Assembly: GCA_964014485.1 (NCBI GenBank)
Contig: CAXHAT010000075.1
Location: 1 to 35,468 of the forward strand
Direction: 5' to 3'
Length of the DNA: 35,468 bases
Origin: an uncultured Deferribacteres bacterium
GTDB taxonomy: Bacteria; Zhuqueibacterota; Zhuqueibacteria; Zhuqueibacterales; Geothermadaptataceae
In this document: positions 19,340 to 28,334 of the stretch, piece after piece
Layout: every line of letters begins with the position of its first letter
Position numbering within the stretch: the stretch's first letter is position 1
Translations under genes and position numbers: made by a program
The notes under the pieces: generated by a model
Database searches by the model: none
What the model was told of the DNA's origin: nothing
Seen by the model: only the letters and a program-made list of their open reading frames with translations

Positions 19340-20676
19340 TTTTCAACCTGGATGGTTGCGGAGAACACTTCCATCTCAAATATCGGCAGTTCAGAAATAA
19401 GCTCGTTCTCATCGATCGCTCGCAGCAAATAAGGCGGGAATGCACGAAACAAGAGGCGCACCGAAAGCCGCAATTGCTGACCGTGCTCAGGTAAATCTTT
19501 GAATCTGTACTCGGCCGTTCGTGACTGAAAAGCCGGGATGGTTTCGTCGGCGATTGAATCGGCTTCCCAAAAGAAGAGCGTTTCCTGACCGTTCCGGAAA
19601 GCCGTTCCGCGAAAAACGGTCAGACTCGAATCCAGTTCCGCCGCGCGCGAGGTCACAAATTCGCTGTGATGATCCCGCAAATCGCCGTTGTCGTCCAGCG
19701 TCCCGGAGGCCATGAGCGTATCCCCGGAAGCTGCGTCATGCAAAACAACTTCGAGCCACATTTGCCGTTCGAAAATCGTTCCGCTCGGCAAATTGTGACC
19801 GGTAAAATCATTAATGATCGTCGCTTTGATCGCAAACTCTTCGTCGCGATGAATGGCGCCGGGCGCTTCCACCTCCAAAGTCGCAGCGTTTTTGAGCAGT
19901 GCGCCGACTTTTTCGATAGTTTGGGCGCGGCCGGGAAAATCAACCAGCGGCACGTCCACTCCGATGAAATTGTGACGATGCAGGTTGTCGCGCAAGGGAC
20001 CGTCCGTCGCGGCGCGCCCGCTGTAGGTCGGCATATGGCAATCCTGACATTCTATCGCCATAATCGCGTACTCGCTGGCGTCCCATTCCGACGAGGTGTT
20101 TTCCAACTTGAAACCGTCCGGGCCAAGTACGTCATGGCAGCCGGAACAGACGCCGGAAAGTAAAAAATTGCGGTCAAAAACCGAGGCGTGGAAGGCGTTT
20201 TCCTGCGGGTTTTGGAGCGGCCCGCGGCGCGCGCCGTCGAGATGAAATTCATCAATCCCCCGGCCGCGAGTGCTTGATTTCATCATATGACAAACGTCGC
20301 AACCGACGCCCTGACGCGCAAGCGAGGAAAGATTTTGAAATTGAAAATCAGGCGGCGCTTCGCCCAGCGCGCTGGCAAACGGACTGTGGCAGCTAATGCA
20401 AAATTGATCGAGTTTTCCCGCGGATCGTTCCTGCCCCAAAGCGTTCAATTTGAAAAAAATTGGATCGACAAACGCATAATTGTGCATGGACGCCTGCCAT
20501 TCCGCAAAATGATTTGGGTGACATGTTTGGCAGTCTTCCGGCGTTTTCGCGATATTTTGAAGCGTGTTGAGAGAATCCGGCGGGGTAATTTCGTCCGGCG
20601 GAACTGTCGGTGAGGGAGATTTACAGCCAATTAAGCCGATCAATGTGAATGTCAAGAATGAACGGCGATGCATCAA
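19336..20676 (-). CDS. Multiheme c-type cytochrome (c554-like) lipoprotein with 5 CxxCH motifs
   Basis: CQTCH, CISCH, CDVCH, CSGCH, CQDCH; EWQASMH and GHNLPSG...RQMWL motifs; lipobox LIGC. Confidence 0.9.
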   Translation of the reverse strand: MMHRRSFLTFTLIGLIGCKSPSPTVPPDEITPPDSLNTLQNIAKTPEDCQTCHPNHFAEWQASMHNYAFVDPIFFKLNALGQERSAGKLDQFCISCHSPFASALGEAPPDFQFQNLSSLARQGVGCDVCHMMKSSTRGRGIDEFHLDGARRGPLQNPQENAFHASVFDRNFLLSGVCSGCHDVLGPDGFKLENTSSEWDASEYAIMAIECQDCHMPTYSGRAATDGPLRDNLHRHNFIGVDVPLVDFPGRAQTIEKVGALLKNAATLEVEAPGAIHRDEEFAIKATIINDFTGHNLPSGTIFERQMWLEVVLHDAASGDTLMASGTLDDNGDLRDHHSEFVTSRAAELDSSLTVFRGTAFRNGQETLFFWEADSIADETIPAFQSRTAEYRFKDLPEHGQQLRLSVRLLFRAFPPYLLRAIDENELISELPIFEMEVFSATIQVEN

Positions 20677-20751
20677 TATTCAGGGCAAATTAAAAAAAGT
20701 TGGTCTTTATTCGTCGCGGTCTTTTTGGGGTTAGGGAGCGTTGTTTCAAAT

Positions 20752-20783
20752 ACAATCCGCCGGGTTTGCGCCCGGCGGATTGT
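20752..20783 (-). terminator. Perfect 13-bp stem hairpin after the HMA gene (terminator or REP-like)
   Basis: ACAATCCGCCGGG-TTTGCG-CCCGGCGGATTGT, 10 nt downstream of the stop at 20794. Confidence 0.6.
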
Positions 20784-20793
20784 TTGACAGAGA

Positions 20794-21210
20794 TTAATGT
20801 TCGTTGTCCTCGCCTTCTTCCGGGATTTGGCAGCACGAATCCAGTTCGCCGTAGGCTTCCATATCGCGCTTCGTTTCGTTGGCGTCGTAGCCTTCGGCGG
20901 CAATTGCCTGCTCAAGCGCGGCCAAGTTGGTTTTGGCTTTGTCAAAGCTGACTTTGGCGATTTTCGCTTCTTCGTCAACTTCGATCTTCTCAACACCGTC
21001 CACCATCTCCAAGCCTTCCTTGACCTTGCTGGCGCAGCTGCCGCACTGGATTGTCGGTACGGAAATTTCCACATCGACAAAACCGGCCATTTTAACTTCT
21101 TGCGCTTCGCCTTCGGGAGAGTGGTCAGCGTGATCGCCTTCCGCATTTTCGCCGCCGCAGCCAAAAGCCGCGAGACTCAGCGCGAGTCCGAACATCAAGA
21201 TTTTTTTCAT
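20794..21210 (-). CDS. Heavy-metal-associated (HMA) domain lipoprotein, CopZ/MerP-like
   Basis: Lipobox AFGC, His-containing linker, IQCGSC metal site in a ferredoxin-like HMA pattern, C-terminal YGELDSCC. Confidence 0.88.
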   Translation of the reverse strand: MKKILMFGLALSLAAFGCGGENAEGDHADHSPEGEAQEVKMAGFVDVEISVPTIQCGSCASKVKEGLEMVDGVEKIEVDEEAKIAKVSFDKAKTNLAALEQAIAAEGYDANETKRDMEAYGELDSCCQIPEEGEDNEH

Positions 21211-21273
21211 TTGGTTTCCTCCAAATTCAACAAGTTAATGAGATAAATTGCAACGATTCAGTCTACGAAAACA

Positions 21274-21337
21274 GAGTGCAAAGCTTCAGCTTCGAGAAGA
21301 GCAGAATCTCATTTACAAAACTAAAGTTTTGCACTCC
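21274..21337. repeat. Inverted REP doublet related to the GGAG-TGCAAAGC family
   Basis: GAGTGCAAAGCTTCAGCTTCG (21274-21294) and inverted CAAAACTAAAGTTTTGCACTCC (21316-21337). Confidence 0.65.
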
Positions 21338-21383
21338 GAGGTTTTGTAATACTGAACGGTTACGATGAATTTATGATAAAGCA

Positions 21384-22118
21384 CTAATTGCTTTCGGTTG
21401 TAAAAATATCAAAATCGCTTCCGCCGTAAGTAAAGCGCCTTTCCTTGCGAAAAAGCCCGTCGCTTTCGACAAACGCCGCGTCCTTTGCGTTGCTATACAA
21501 AAGCCAGACCTTCCGAGGACGTTCTTCCAAAGACGCCTTTAGGTTTTGCAGGACTTTTTGAAGCACGATTTTATGAAAAGAATTGTACAGAAAAAACACA
21601 TTTTCGCCGCCGGTCATTTCATATTTCGCGGCGTCGGTATGAATAATTTCCACGTTTTCACCTTTGCCGCTTCGCTTCTTGAAGCTCGTAAGGTTCTTTT
21701 CGGCGATCTCACACAGTTCTTTGGAAAATTCTATGCCTTTAATTTCCGCAAAAGAATAACCGGCAGTTAGCATCAACACTTTGCCCATGCCCGAACCCAG
21801 GTCGACGAAAACGCTATCTCGCGGCAGATCCAACGACTCTATCAATTTACAAAAAGGCCTGCCTCTCGTTGCCATATAATCTTCGCTGTCATCCAGATTC
21901 TCGCCGTCGATTTCAAGCTCGTCCAGCGTCTTTTCCTGAAGCGTTTTAACGCCGTACCGAAACTCAAAAAAAACGTCTTCAACGATACTGGCAACGCTTT
22001 GAAAGGTGCGTCTTAAACCCTTGTCTTGCAGACTTAAAAACGTTCGGGAAAACAAGTTCATGTTTTTGACGTCTGCGCCAACCTGACTGAATTTCGCCGT
22101 TCTTTCCTCTGTGCTCAT
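21384..22118 (-). CDS. Class I SAM-dependent methyltransferase
   Basis: Motif I FVDLGSGMGKVL, GIEFSKELCEIA, IIHTDA, FFLYNSF. Confidence 0.85.
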   Translation of the reverse strand: MSTEERTAKFSQVGADVKNMNLFSRTFLSLQDKGLRRTFQSVASIVEDVFFEFRYGVKTLQEKTLDELEIDGENLDDSEDYMATRGRPFCKLIESLDLPRDSVFVDLGSGMGKVLMLTAGYSFAEIKGIEFSKELCEIAEKNLTSFKKRSGKGENVEIIHTDAAKYEMTGGENVFFLYNSFHKIVLQKVLQNLKASLEERPRKVWLLYSNAKDAAFVESDGLFRKERRFTYGGSDFDIFTTESN

Positions 22119-22227
22119 GCTGCTTTTCCCTTGGTGAATGATGAAAAATCGATGAATATTCAGGCTTAATTTGCCGATGTTACGCGCCGCTTAATAACAT
22201 AGCGATTCAATCAAAACAGTGCTTCTA

Positions 22228-22299
22228 CGTCATTCCCGCGCAGGCGGGAATCCAGAAAATGGCGTGTGTCCCCTGGATTCCCGCCTGCGCGGAAATGAC
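22228..22299. repeat. CGTC-tagged REP doublet (GTCATTCCCGC...GGGAATCCA type)
   Basis: CGTCATTCCCGCGCAGGCGGGAATCCAG (22228-22255) and near-perfect inverse CTGGATTCCCGCCTGCGCGGAAATGAC (22273-22299). Confidence 0.85.
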
Positions 22300-22451
22300 T
22301 GAAACAAACGCCTCGGGGTTCGGGCAGTTCCAGTTTCAAACAGCAGTTCTCAGCTTGTGCAAAAGACGCCTTACGAAATTCTATCTTAAGCAGTGCGTAA
22401 CGTCAGTTAATTCACTTTGCGCAGACTTTTCCGTCGGAACCGGGCTCCCAT

Positions 22452-23180
22452 TTAATCCTGAGACGTCGGCAAATAAAGAACAAGTCGCCCGTCTAACGCA
22501 AGGTCATCGACGTGACCTGAAACTGTATCGTCTGAGTTCTTGAAATGCAAATGAATATTTGTGCTGTGGTGCGTAAAAACGCCGTGATGTTTATTAGAAT
22601 AGAATCCGACAATGTCAAACGCATCATTTTCCAACACGCCATTTAAACCGCTGGTCTTATGCTTGGCGTGCGTATGCTCAACGTCGCCTTCAGGCCAATC
22701 GATGACGTGCCATTCGATTCTTGCCGCTTCGCCGCGCAGAAGAAAAGGAAATGGTGCTTCAACGTCAAGTCCCAATTCCGCCGCCTTTTCTTGCACAAAC
22801 GCTTCAAGCGCTTTCACGGACCCAATCTCTGGCGGAATGTTTACTTTTTGCCACTGCTCAACCTGCGCATAGACGAGCAGGTTTGCTTTTCCTGAAAAGT
22901 TTTTATCGATTTTCAAAACCGAATCCTTGACGCTTGCGACAAACGGCTTGCCGTCAAACACAAAAATCTCGCCTTTCAAATTCTCAACCGCGCCGAGAGC
23001 GTAAACATGTGGAAGATTTTCAATTTCCGACAATGTTATTTTCGCGGTTATGTCGCCCTTCTGCATAACGTCACGCAAGGCTCCGGCATGTTTAACCTCG
23101 AACGACGGCGATTCCTTGACAACTTCGCAGCCAATGCTTAAACCAAAAACGACAATCGCAGCAATAAACTGTTTTTTCAT
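22452..23180 (-). CDS. Acetolactate decarboxylase-like, His-rich lipoprotein
   Basis: Lipobox SIGC; YALGAVENLKGEI, PFPFLLRG, VGFYS...HHSTNIHLH...SGHVDD (ALDC-type HxH...GH metal motif). Confidence 0.72.
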   Translation of the reverse strand: MKKQFIAAIVVFGLSIGCEVVKESPSFEVKHAGALRDVMQKGDITAKITLSEIENLPHVYALGAVENLKGEIFVFDGKPFVASVKDSVLKIDKNFSGKANLLVYAQVEQWQKVNIPPEIGSVKALEAFVQEKAAELGLDVEAPFPFLLRGEAARIEWHVIDWPEGDVEHTHAKHKTSGLNGVLENDAFDIVGFYSNKHHGVFTHHSTNIHLHFKNSDDTVSGHVDDLALDGRLVLYLPTSQD

Positions 23181-23307
23181 TTACGTCCTACTTGAAATCT
23201 ATTTGTGCTCAAAAATTTCCAATTTATCAGAATGATAATAATAGCATCGTCGCTTTCATATGATGCTAAGTCGCGATACGCTTCTACCAATCAAGAGCGA
23301 CGTCTTC

Positions 23308-24144
23308 TTACTCGATTTTCCTTCCGTCTTGCTTTTCGATTTTTTTAATGCTTTCAGCGGCGGGCAAATCTTCCGGCATCGTCCCGCCCAATTCCTGAAT
23401 TGTCTGCCGAACTTTTTTTCCAACTTCATAATGAGCTTTATTTGCTTTTGCTTTGCCTTTAATTTTATCTCTTCTGAGCTTTTCTTCCGCTTGCGTCGCT
23501 CGGAAAAGATTGGCCGCTAACTCTGTACTTCCCATATGATCGAGAATCTGCTGGTTTTTCTTTAAGCCTTTGTACACGTGAATTTCTTTTGCATTCATGC
23601 CATTGTACAGCCCCATGTACCCATGATTTTGGAAGACCGCATATTCTATTGGCCTGATGACCCCGGCGTCTTTAGCAGCGTCCGCGAGTTTTTTGTTATG
23701 TTCAGCCATTTCTCTGCGCAAGAAAAGCCTTTTCTGTTCTTCTGTTTTAAGGCGGTCGAAAGTCTGTTGTTCGCCAAGCTCTTGCTTGCGTGTCTGTACA
23801 GCAAAATAGGTTTGGCCGTGAGCAACTACTTCTTTGGACGGATCGGCGTTCTGCACAATCAGATAACATGCATACCGCGAGAGATGTAGATCACCAACCC
23901 TACGCTGCGCGCCAGACCCGATCTTGACCATTTTGTCCACGTGGACAAAATGGTTCTCAACTGTCAGACCAGACTTCGTACACGCTTCCTGCGCTTTTGC
24001 AACGACATTGATAAACTTGCGCCAGTTTTTGTAGTCAAGAGCGTGATAAAATTCCCTCGCGGACCAATATTCCTGTCCGATCTCGTTAATCTGCTTAATT
24101 CCTTCGAATACGCTTTCATTGTATTGTTCCTCTTCTTTTGCCAT
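23308..24144 (-). CDS. dinD: DNA damage-inducible protein D (BRO-like N-terminus)
   Basis: EYWSARE, LSRYACYLIVQNADPSK, GQTYFAVQTRKQE, ILDHMGSTELAANLFRATQAEEKL, GGTMPEDLP; start likely 24144 (GAGGGA upstream) rather than 24159. Confidence 0.92.
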   Translation of the reverse strand: MAKEEEQYNESVFEGIKQINEIGQEYWSAREFYHALDYKNWRKFINVVAKAQEACTKSGLTVENHFVHVDKMVKIGSGAQRRVGDLHLSRYACYLIVQNADPSKEVVAHGQTYFAVQTRKQELGEQQTFDRLKTEEQKRLFLRREMAEHNKKLADAAKDAGVIRPIEYAVFQNHGYMGLYNGMNAKEIHVYKGLKKNQQILDHMGSTELAANLFRATQAEEKLRRDKIKGKAKANKAHYEVGKKVRQTIQELGGTMPEDLPAAESIKKIEKQDGRKIE

Positions 24145-24322
24145 GACAATTTCCCTCATTTCTTGACGGTTTTTTACTTGGAAAACATATTCGGATCAAC
24201 GTTGTGTTTGTTTGCCTTGTCACTCAATAAAGCCGCCTTCTGTTTTGACGTCTCAGTGGCTTTTGGTTTGTATTCTGCTTGTTCTTGTTAACCTACAAAT
24301 TCTGAGCAAACCGAAATTTGCG

Positions 24323-27073
24323 TTATCCACGAAGTTTCTGTCCGCGCAATCGCAAAGCGTTGCCGATTACGGAGACCGAGCTAAAACTCATCGCCGCGCC
24401 TGCGATAATCGGGCTGAGTAAAATTCCAAAAAATGGATAAAGTAACCCGGCGGCGATTGGAATGCCGAGAGCGTTATAAACGAAAGCGAAAAAAAGGTTT
24501 TGACGGATATTGCGCATCATCGCCCGACTGAGCGCGAAAGCCTGAACCACGCCGCGAAGATCGCCCTTAACGAGCGTCACGCCCGCGCTTTCCATTGCCA
24601 CGTCCGTTCCCGTGCCCATGGCGACGCCGACATGGGCCGCCGCAAGCGCAGGAGCGTCGTTAATGCCGTCGCCGGCCATTGCAACGACCTGACCTTCATC
24701 ACGCAACATTTGCACGCGCGCGTGTTTATCTTTTGGTTGAACGCCCGCTTCCACTTCATCGATTCCGACTTCAGTCGCGACCGCTTTGGCAGTGCGTTCA
24801 TTGTCTCCGGTGAGCATGATGATTTTCAAGCCCAGACCATGCAGCGCCGCAATCGCTTCCGGCGAAGTCTCCTTGACCGGATCAGCCACAGCCAAAACCC
24901 CCGACGCTTTGCCGTCGATAGCTGCGAACATCGCGGTTTTGCCTTCGCTTTGCCACGCCGCAGCCTCCGATTTTAGCGCTTCGTCCACAGCAACGCCTTC
25001 TTGCTGCAAAAATTCCGATTTGCCGACCAAGACTTCTTTTGTCCCCATTTTTCCGCGCACGCCGCCGCCGGTGATTGATTCGAAATCATTGATTTTCTTT
25101 AGTGTCAATCCACGTTCTTTGGCGCCCGAAACTACCGCCGCCGCCAAAGGATGTTCGCTGCTTTGCTCAACTGAAGCGATTGTCGCGAGCAATTCATTTT
25201 CGTCCACGTCTTCAACCGCCTGTAAATTTACCAGCCGCGGTTTTCCTTCGGTGAGCGTGCCCGTCTTGTCGATGACCAGCGTATTGATTTTCTCCATCAT
25301 TTCAATCGCTTCAGCGCTGCGGATGAGCACCCCTTCCTGTGCGCCGCGTCCCACGCCCACCATCACAGACATCGGCGTCGCCAATCCCAGCGCGCACGGA
25401 CAGGCGATGATGAGAACAGCCACGGCATTCACCACCGCGTAAGCCAATCGCGGCTCCGGTCCGAAAAAATACCAAACCAAAGAAGTGATGACCGCAATCG
25501 TAATAACGATGGGCACAAACCAGCTCGCAATTTTGTCGGCCAATCCCTGAATCGGCGCGCGGCTGCGTTGCGCCTGTGCAACCATGTCGACGATCTGCGC
25601 CAGCAATGTGTCTGCGCCGATGCGTCGAGCTTCCATCACGAATCCCCCGGCTCCGTTGACCGTACCGCCGGTCACATTGTCGCCGCCGCTTTTTTCGACT
25701 GGAATCGGCTCACCGGTAATCATCGATTCATCGACCGCGCTTTTCCCTTCCGCCACAACGCCGTCGACGGGGATTTTTTCGCCGGGACGTACGCGCAACA
25801 GGTCGCCCTTTTTCACAGCTTCCAATGCAATTTCACGCTCGTTTTCGCCATCGACGAGCCGTGCGGTCGGCGGCGCCAGATCAAGCAATGCGCGGATGGC
25901 ACTCCCGGTGCGGTCGCGTGCACGCAGTTCCAAAACCTGTCCCAGCAGCACCAAAACCACGATCACCGCCGCAGCTTCAAAATAGACCCCGGCGTAACCG
26001 CCCTGCACCATGGTTTCCGGAAACAATCTTGGAAAGAGCATCGCGACGGCGCTGTAAAAATAAGCCGCACCAACGCCGACGGCGATAAGGGTAAACATGT
26101 TGAGATTCATCGTCTTGAACGAATTCCAACCGCGTTTGAAAAACGGCCAGCCCGCCCAAAAGACCACCGGCGTACTCAGAACAAATTGCAACCAAAGCGA
26201 CACGTTCTCAGGCACGACATGCACGCCGGGAAAAAGATGCATCATCGCCAGCAGGAAAACCGGCAGAGCGAGCGCGGCGCCGATCCAGAATCGCCGCGTC
26301 ATATCGCGCAATTCGCCGTCGTCATCTTCAACCTCTTGCGAAATCGTTTTCAGTTCAAGCGACATGCCGCAGATTGGACAGTCGCCCGGCGCGTCACGCT
26401 CAATTTCCGGGTGCATCGGACAAGTGTAAACAACTTCGCGTTCGGGCTTCCAGGCCGGATTGCGCTCCAACGCCATGCCGCATTTCGAGCAGTCGCCCGG
26501 TTTGTCACTCTCAATGCCGGGGCACATCGGACAAAAATATTTGGCGATTGACGACGACTTTTCATCAGTAGAATTATGCGAGCAGCATGATTGATGCGCT
26601 TCAACATGAATTTTATACTCCGCCGTTGTTTCAGCGCCTGTCAGAAATTTGTGCCGACATCCTTCGCCGCAGAAATAAAAGGTCTCGTCGTTCCGCTCAA
26701 CTTTCAAGTGCGTCGACGTTTTGACCGTCATCCCGCACACCGGGTCTTTGCTTTCCTCATGATTTTCATGAGAACCAGCATTTGTCTGCTCAGATTGAGC
26801 GAGAAATTTTTCACGGCAACCCTTGCCGCAAAAGTAGAAAGTTTCACCGTTGCGCTCGGCTTTCAGCTCCGTCGAAGAATCCACGGTCATACCGCAAATC
26901 GGGTCTTTCATTTTCCCGGATTCATGCCGTGAATGTTCTTGCGCCGTTTCGGATTTTGCAAGAAATTTTTCCTGACAGCCCTTGCCGCAAAAATAGTATG
27001 TTTTGCCATCACGTTCTGTTTTTAAGCCAGTTCCTTCGTCGACAGTCATGCCGCAAATTAGATCTTTTACCAT
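24323..27073 (-). CDS. copA: Cu(I)/Ag(I)-translocating P1B-type ATPase with three YHS and two heavy-metal-binding N-terminal domains
   Basis: [41 protein letters not shown] and MxxS transmembrane motifs; 3x KDxxCGMTV..YFCxxxC; 2x YxCPM(C/H)P..PGDC..CGM. Confidence 0.95.
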   Translation of the reverse strand: MVKDLICGMTVDEGTGLKTERDGKTYYFCGKGCQEKFLAKSETAQEHSRHESGKMKDPICGMTVDSSTELKAERNGETFYFCGKGCREKFLAQSEQTNAGSHENHEESKDPVCGMTVKTSTHLKVERNDETFYFCGEGCRHKFLTGAETTAEYKIHVEAHQSCCSHNSTDEKSSSIAKYFCPMCPGIESDKPGDCSKCGMALERNPAWKPEREVVYTCPMHPEIERDAPGDCPICGMSLELKTISQEVEDDDGELRDMTRRFWIGAALALPVFLLAMMHLFPGVHVVPENVSLWLQFVLSTPVVFWAGWPFFKRGWNSFKTMNLNMFTLIAVGVGAAYFYSAVAMLFPRLFPETMVQGGYAGVYFEAAAVIVVLVLLGQVLELRARDRTGSAIRALLDLAPPTARLVDGENEREIALEAVKKGDLLRVRPGEKIPVDGVVAEGKSAVDESMITGEPIPVEKSGGDNVTGGTVNGAGGFVMEARRIGADTLLAQIVDMVAQAQRSRAPIQGLADKIASWFVPIVITIAVITSLVWYFFGPEPRLAYAVVNAVAVLIIACPCALGLATPMSVMVGVGRGAQEGVLIRSAEAIEMMEKINTLVIDKTGTLTEGKPRLVNLQAVEDVDENELLATIASVEQSSEHPLAAAVVSGAKERGLTLKKINDFESITGGGVRGKMGTKEVLVGKSEFLQQEGVAVDEALKSEAAAWQSEGKTAMFAAIDGKASGVLAVADPVKETSPEAIAALHGLGLKIIMLTGDNERTAKAVATEVGIDEVEAGVQPKDKHARVQMLRDEGQVVAMAGDGINDAPALAAAHVGVAMGTGTDVAMESAGVTLVKGDLRGVVQAFALSRAMMRNIRQNLFFAFVYNALGIPIAAGLLYPFFGILLSPIIAGAAMSFSSVSVIGNALRLRGQKLRG

Positions 27074-27216
27074 GTTTAAACTTCCTTTCCTCCAACGTTC
27101 ATTCGCCAGACCACTTACCTAAAACTTTTTCAACCTTGCTCAACAGGCGTTTTTTCGATACATTGTTTTATTGAATTTTTTCTCTCTCTATTTCTCGTAA
27201 CGAACGAGGTTATTCG

Positions 27217-27465
27217 ATGAACGCCATTACCGCTCTCAAAGCCCAAAAGGAACTCGATCATCTGGTAGAACAAGTTATCGCGGATGCAGAGCCGATGATA
27301 ATCCTCAATAAAAAAGGCGATAAAGCCGTTCTGCTCTCAATGGACGAGTTTAATTCGTGGCAAGAAACGCTTTACCTACTTTCAAATCCTGCAAATGCTG
27401 AACATTTACGAAAATCGATTGCCGAGGCGAAATCGGACGAAACTGTTGACTGCAAGTTTATATGA
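27217..27465 (+). CDS. Phd/YefM family type II antitoxin
   Basis: AQKELDHLVEQV...EPMII...AVLLSMDEFNSWQETLYLLSNPANAEHLRKSIAE; RBS GAGGT upstream. Confidence 0.92.
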   Translation: MNAITALKAQKELDHLVEQVIADAEPMIILNKKGDKAVLLSMDEFNSWQETLYLLSNPANAEHLRKSIAEAKSDETVDCKFI

Positions 27466-27514
27466 AAAAGAAAATCATCTACAATTCGAAAAGCACTCTT
27501 TCAAGGAACTCATC

Positions 27515-27811
27515 ATGACAAGTGAATTCACAAAAATGGCTGCAAAACTGGACGACATCATTGAAGACCTCCACGCGGCAACGACTGACTGCCAGACTTT
27601 CGAAAAAAAATACGGCGTCCTCAGTGAGGATTTTTACGCCGCCTACAGCAATGGCGCCGTAGAAGATTGCGACAACCCCGATTTCGTGCTTTGGGCTGGA
27701 TCATATAAGATTCGGCTTTCTCGACTGAATATGTATCGCAGCACCATGAACAAAAAACTCGATATTTTTCATCGTCATCCAGTTGCGGCTGATGCACATG
27801 AAGCTGTCTGA
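27515..27811 (+). CDS. Small putative antitoxin partner of DUF6516 (TumA-like)
   Basis: Start reassigned to ATG 27515 (AAGGAA upstream); FEKKYGVLSEDFY...G...D..DFVLW motif; overlaps the next gene. Confidence 0.6.
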   Translation: MTSEFTKMAAKLDDIIEDLHAATTDCQTFEKKYGVLSEDFYAAYSNGAVEDCDNPDFVLWAGSYKIRLSRLNMYRSTMNKKLDIFHRHPVAADAHEAV

Positions 27812-28211
27812 ATACGAAAATTTCATCTACTCTATCCCGGAGACTTTTCCTTCCATCAAATCTTCCGATCTGGTTCTGCAATATCGCGGAAAGACGACAT
27901 GCTGGCTCCTTGGGAATGTTTATTTCTCGAAAAACATCATCTTGAGAGTCACTGAAGTCCTCGATTTTATGCAAAAAGACTTTATCGAGAACTATGGGTA
28001 TACGATTTTCAGACAAAACGAAAAACTCTACTACTACGATTCACAGCCACATCCTCATCTCGAGCACTTGCAAATAACACATCCACATCACAAACACATA
28101 ACGCCGAATATTAAGCACAACCGCATTCCGGCGCCCGGCCTGTCGTTTAGTCAATCCAACCTGCCCCTGCTTATCAGAGAAATCGAAGAAACATTATTGA
28201 AATCGAGCTGA
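27798..28211 (+). CDS. DUF6516 family protein (TumE-like putative toxin)
   Basis: YGYTI....EKLYYYDSQPHP...THPHHKH..P..KHNRIPAP motif set. Confidence 0.72.
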   Translation: MKLSEYENFIYSIPETFPSIKSSDLVLQYRGKTTCWLLGNVYFSKNIILRVTEVLDFMQKDFIENYGYTIFRQNEKLYYYDSQPHPHLEHLQITHPHHKHITPNIKHNRIPAPGLSFSQSNLPLLIREIEETLLKSS

Positions 28212-28285
28212 ATAAGCAGTTTCTTTTGACATTCGAAGCGTTCTGTCTCGATTGACTCTAATTTCTATTCCTTCAATTTTTGAGC

Positions 28286-28305
28286 CCGGTGATTGCCGTC
28301 ACCGG
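28286..28305. terminator. Hairpin between the convergent DUF6516 and cusA genes
   Basis: CCGGTGA-TTGCCG-TCACCGG inverted repeat. Confidence 0.4.
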
Positions 28306-28334
28306 TGCGCTATGAATTAGTAATCCTGAACGAA

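Noticed and set aside
22259..22543. 94-aa ORF beginning MACVPWIPACAEMT
   Set aside because: WIPACAEMT is the translation of the CGTC-type REP; the ORF is spurious and overlaps the ALDC-like gene
25568..26551. 327-aa + strand ORF
   Set aside because: Antisense shadow of copA
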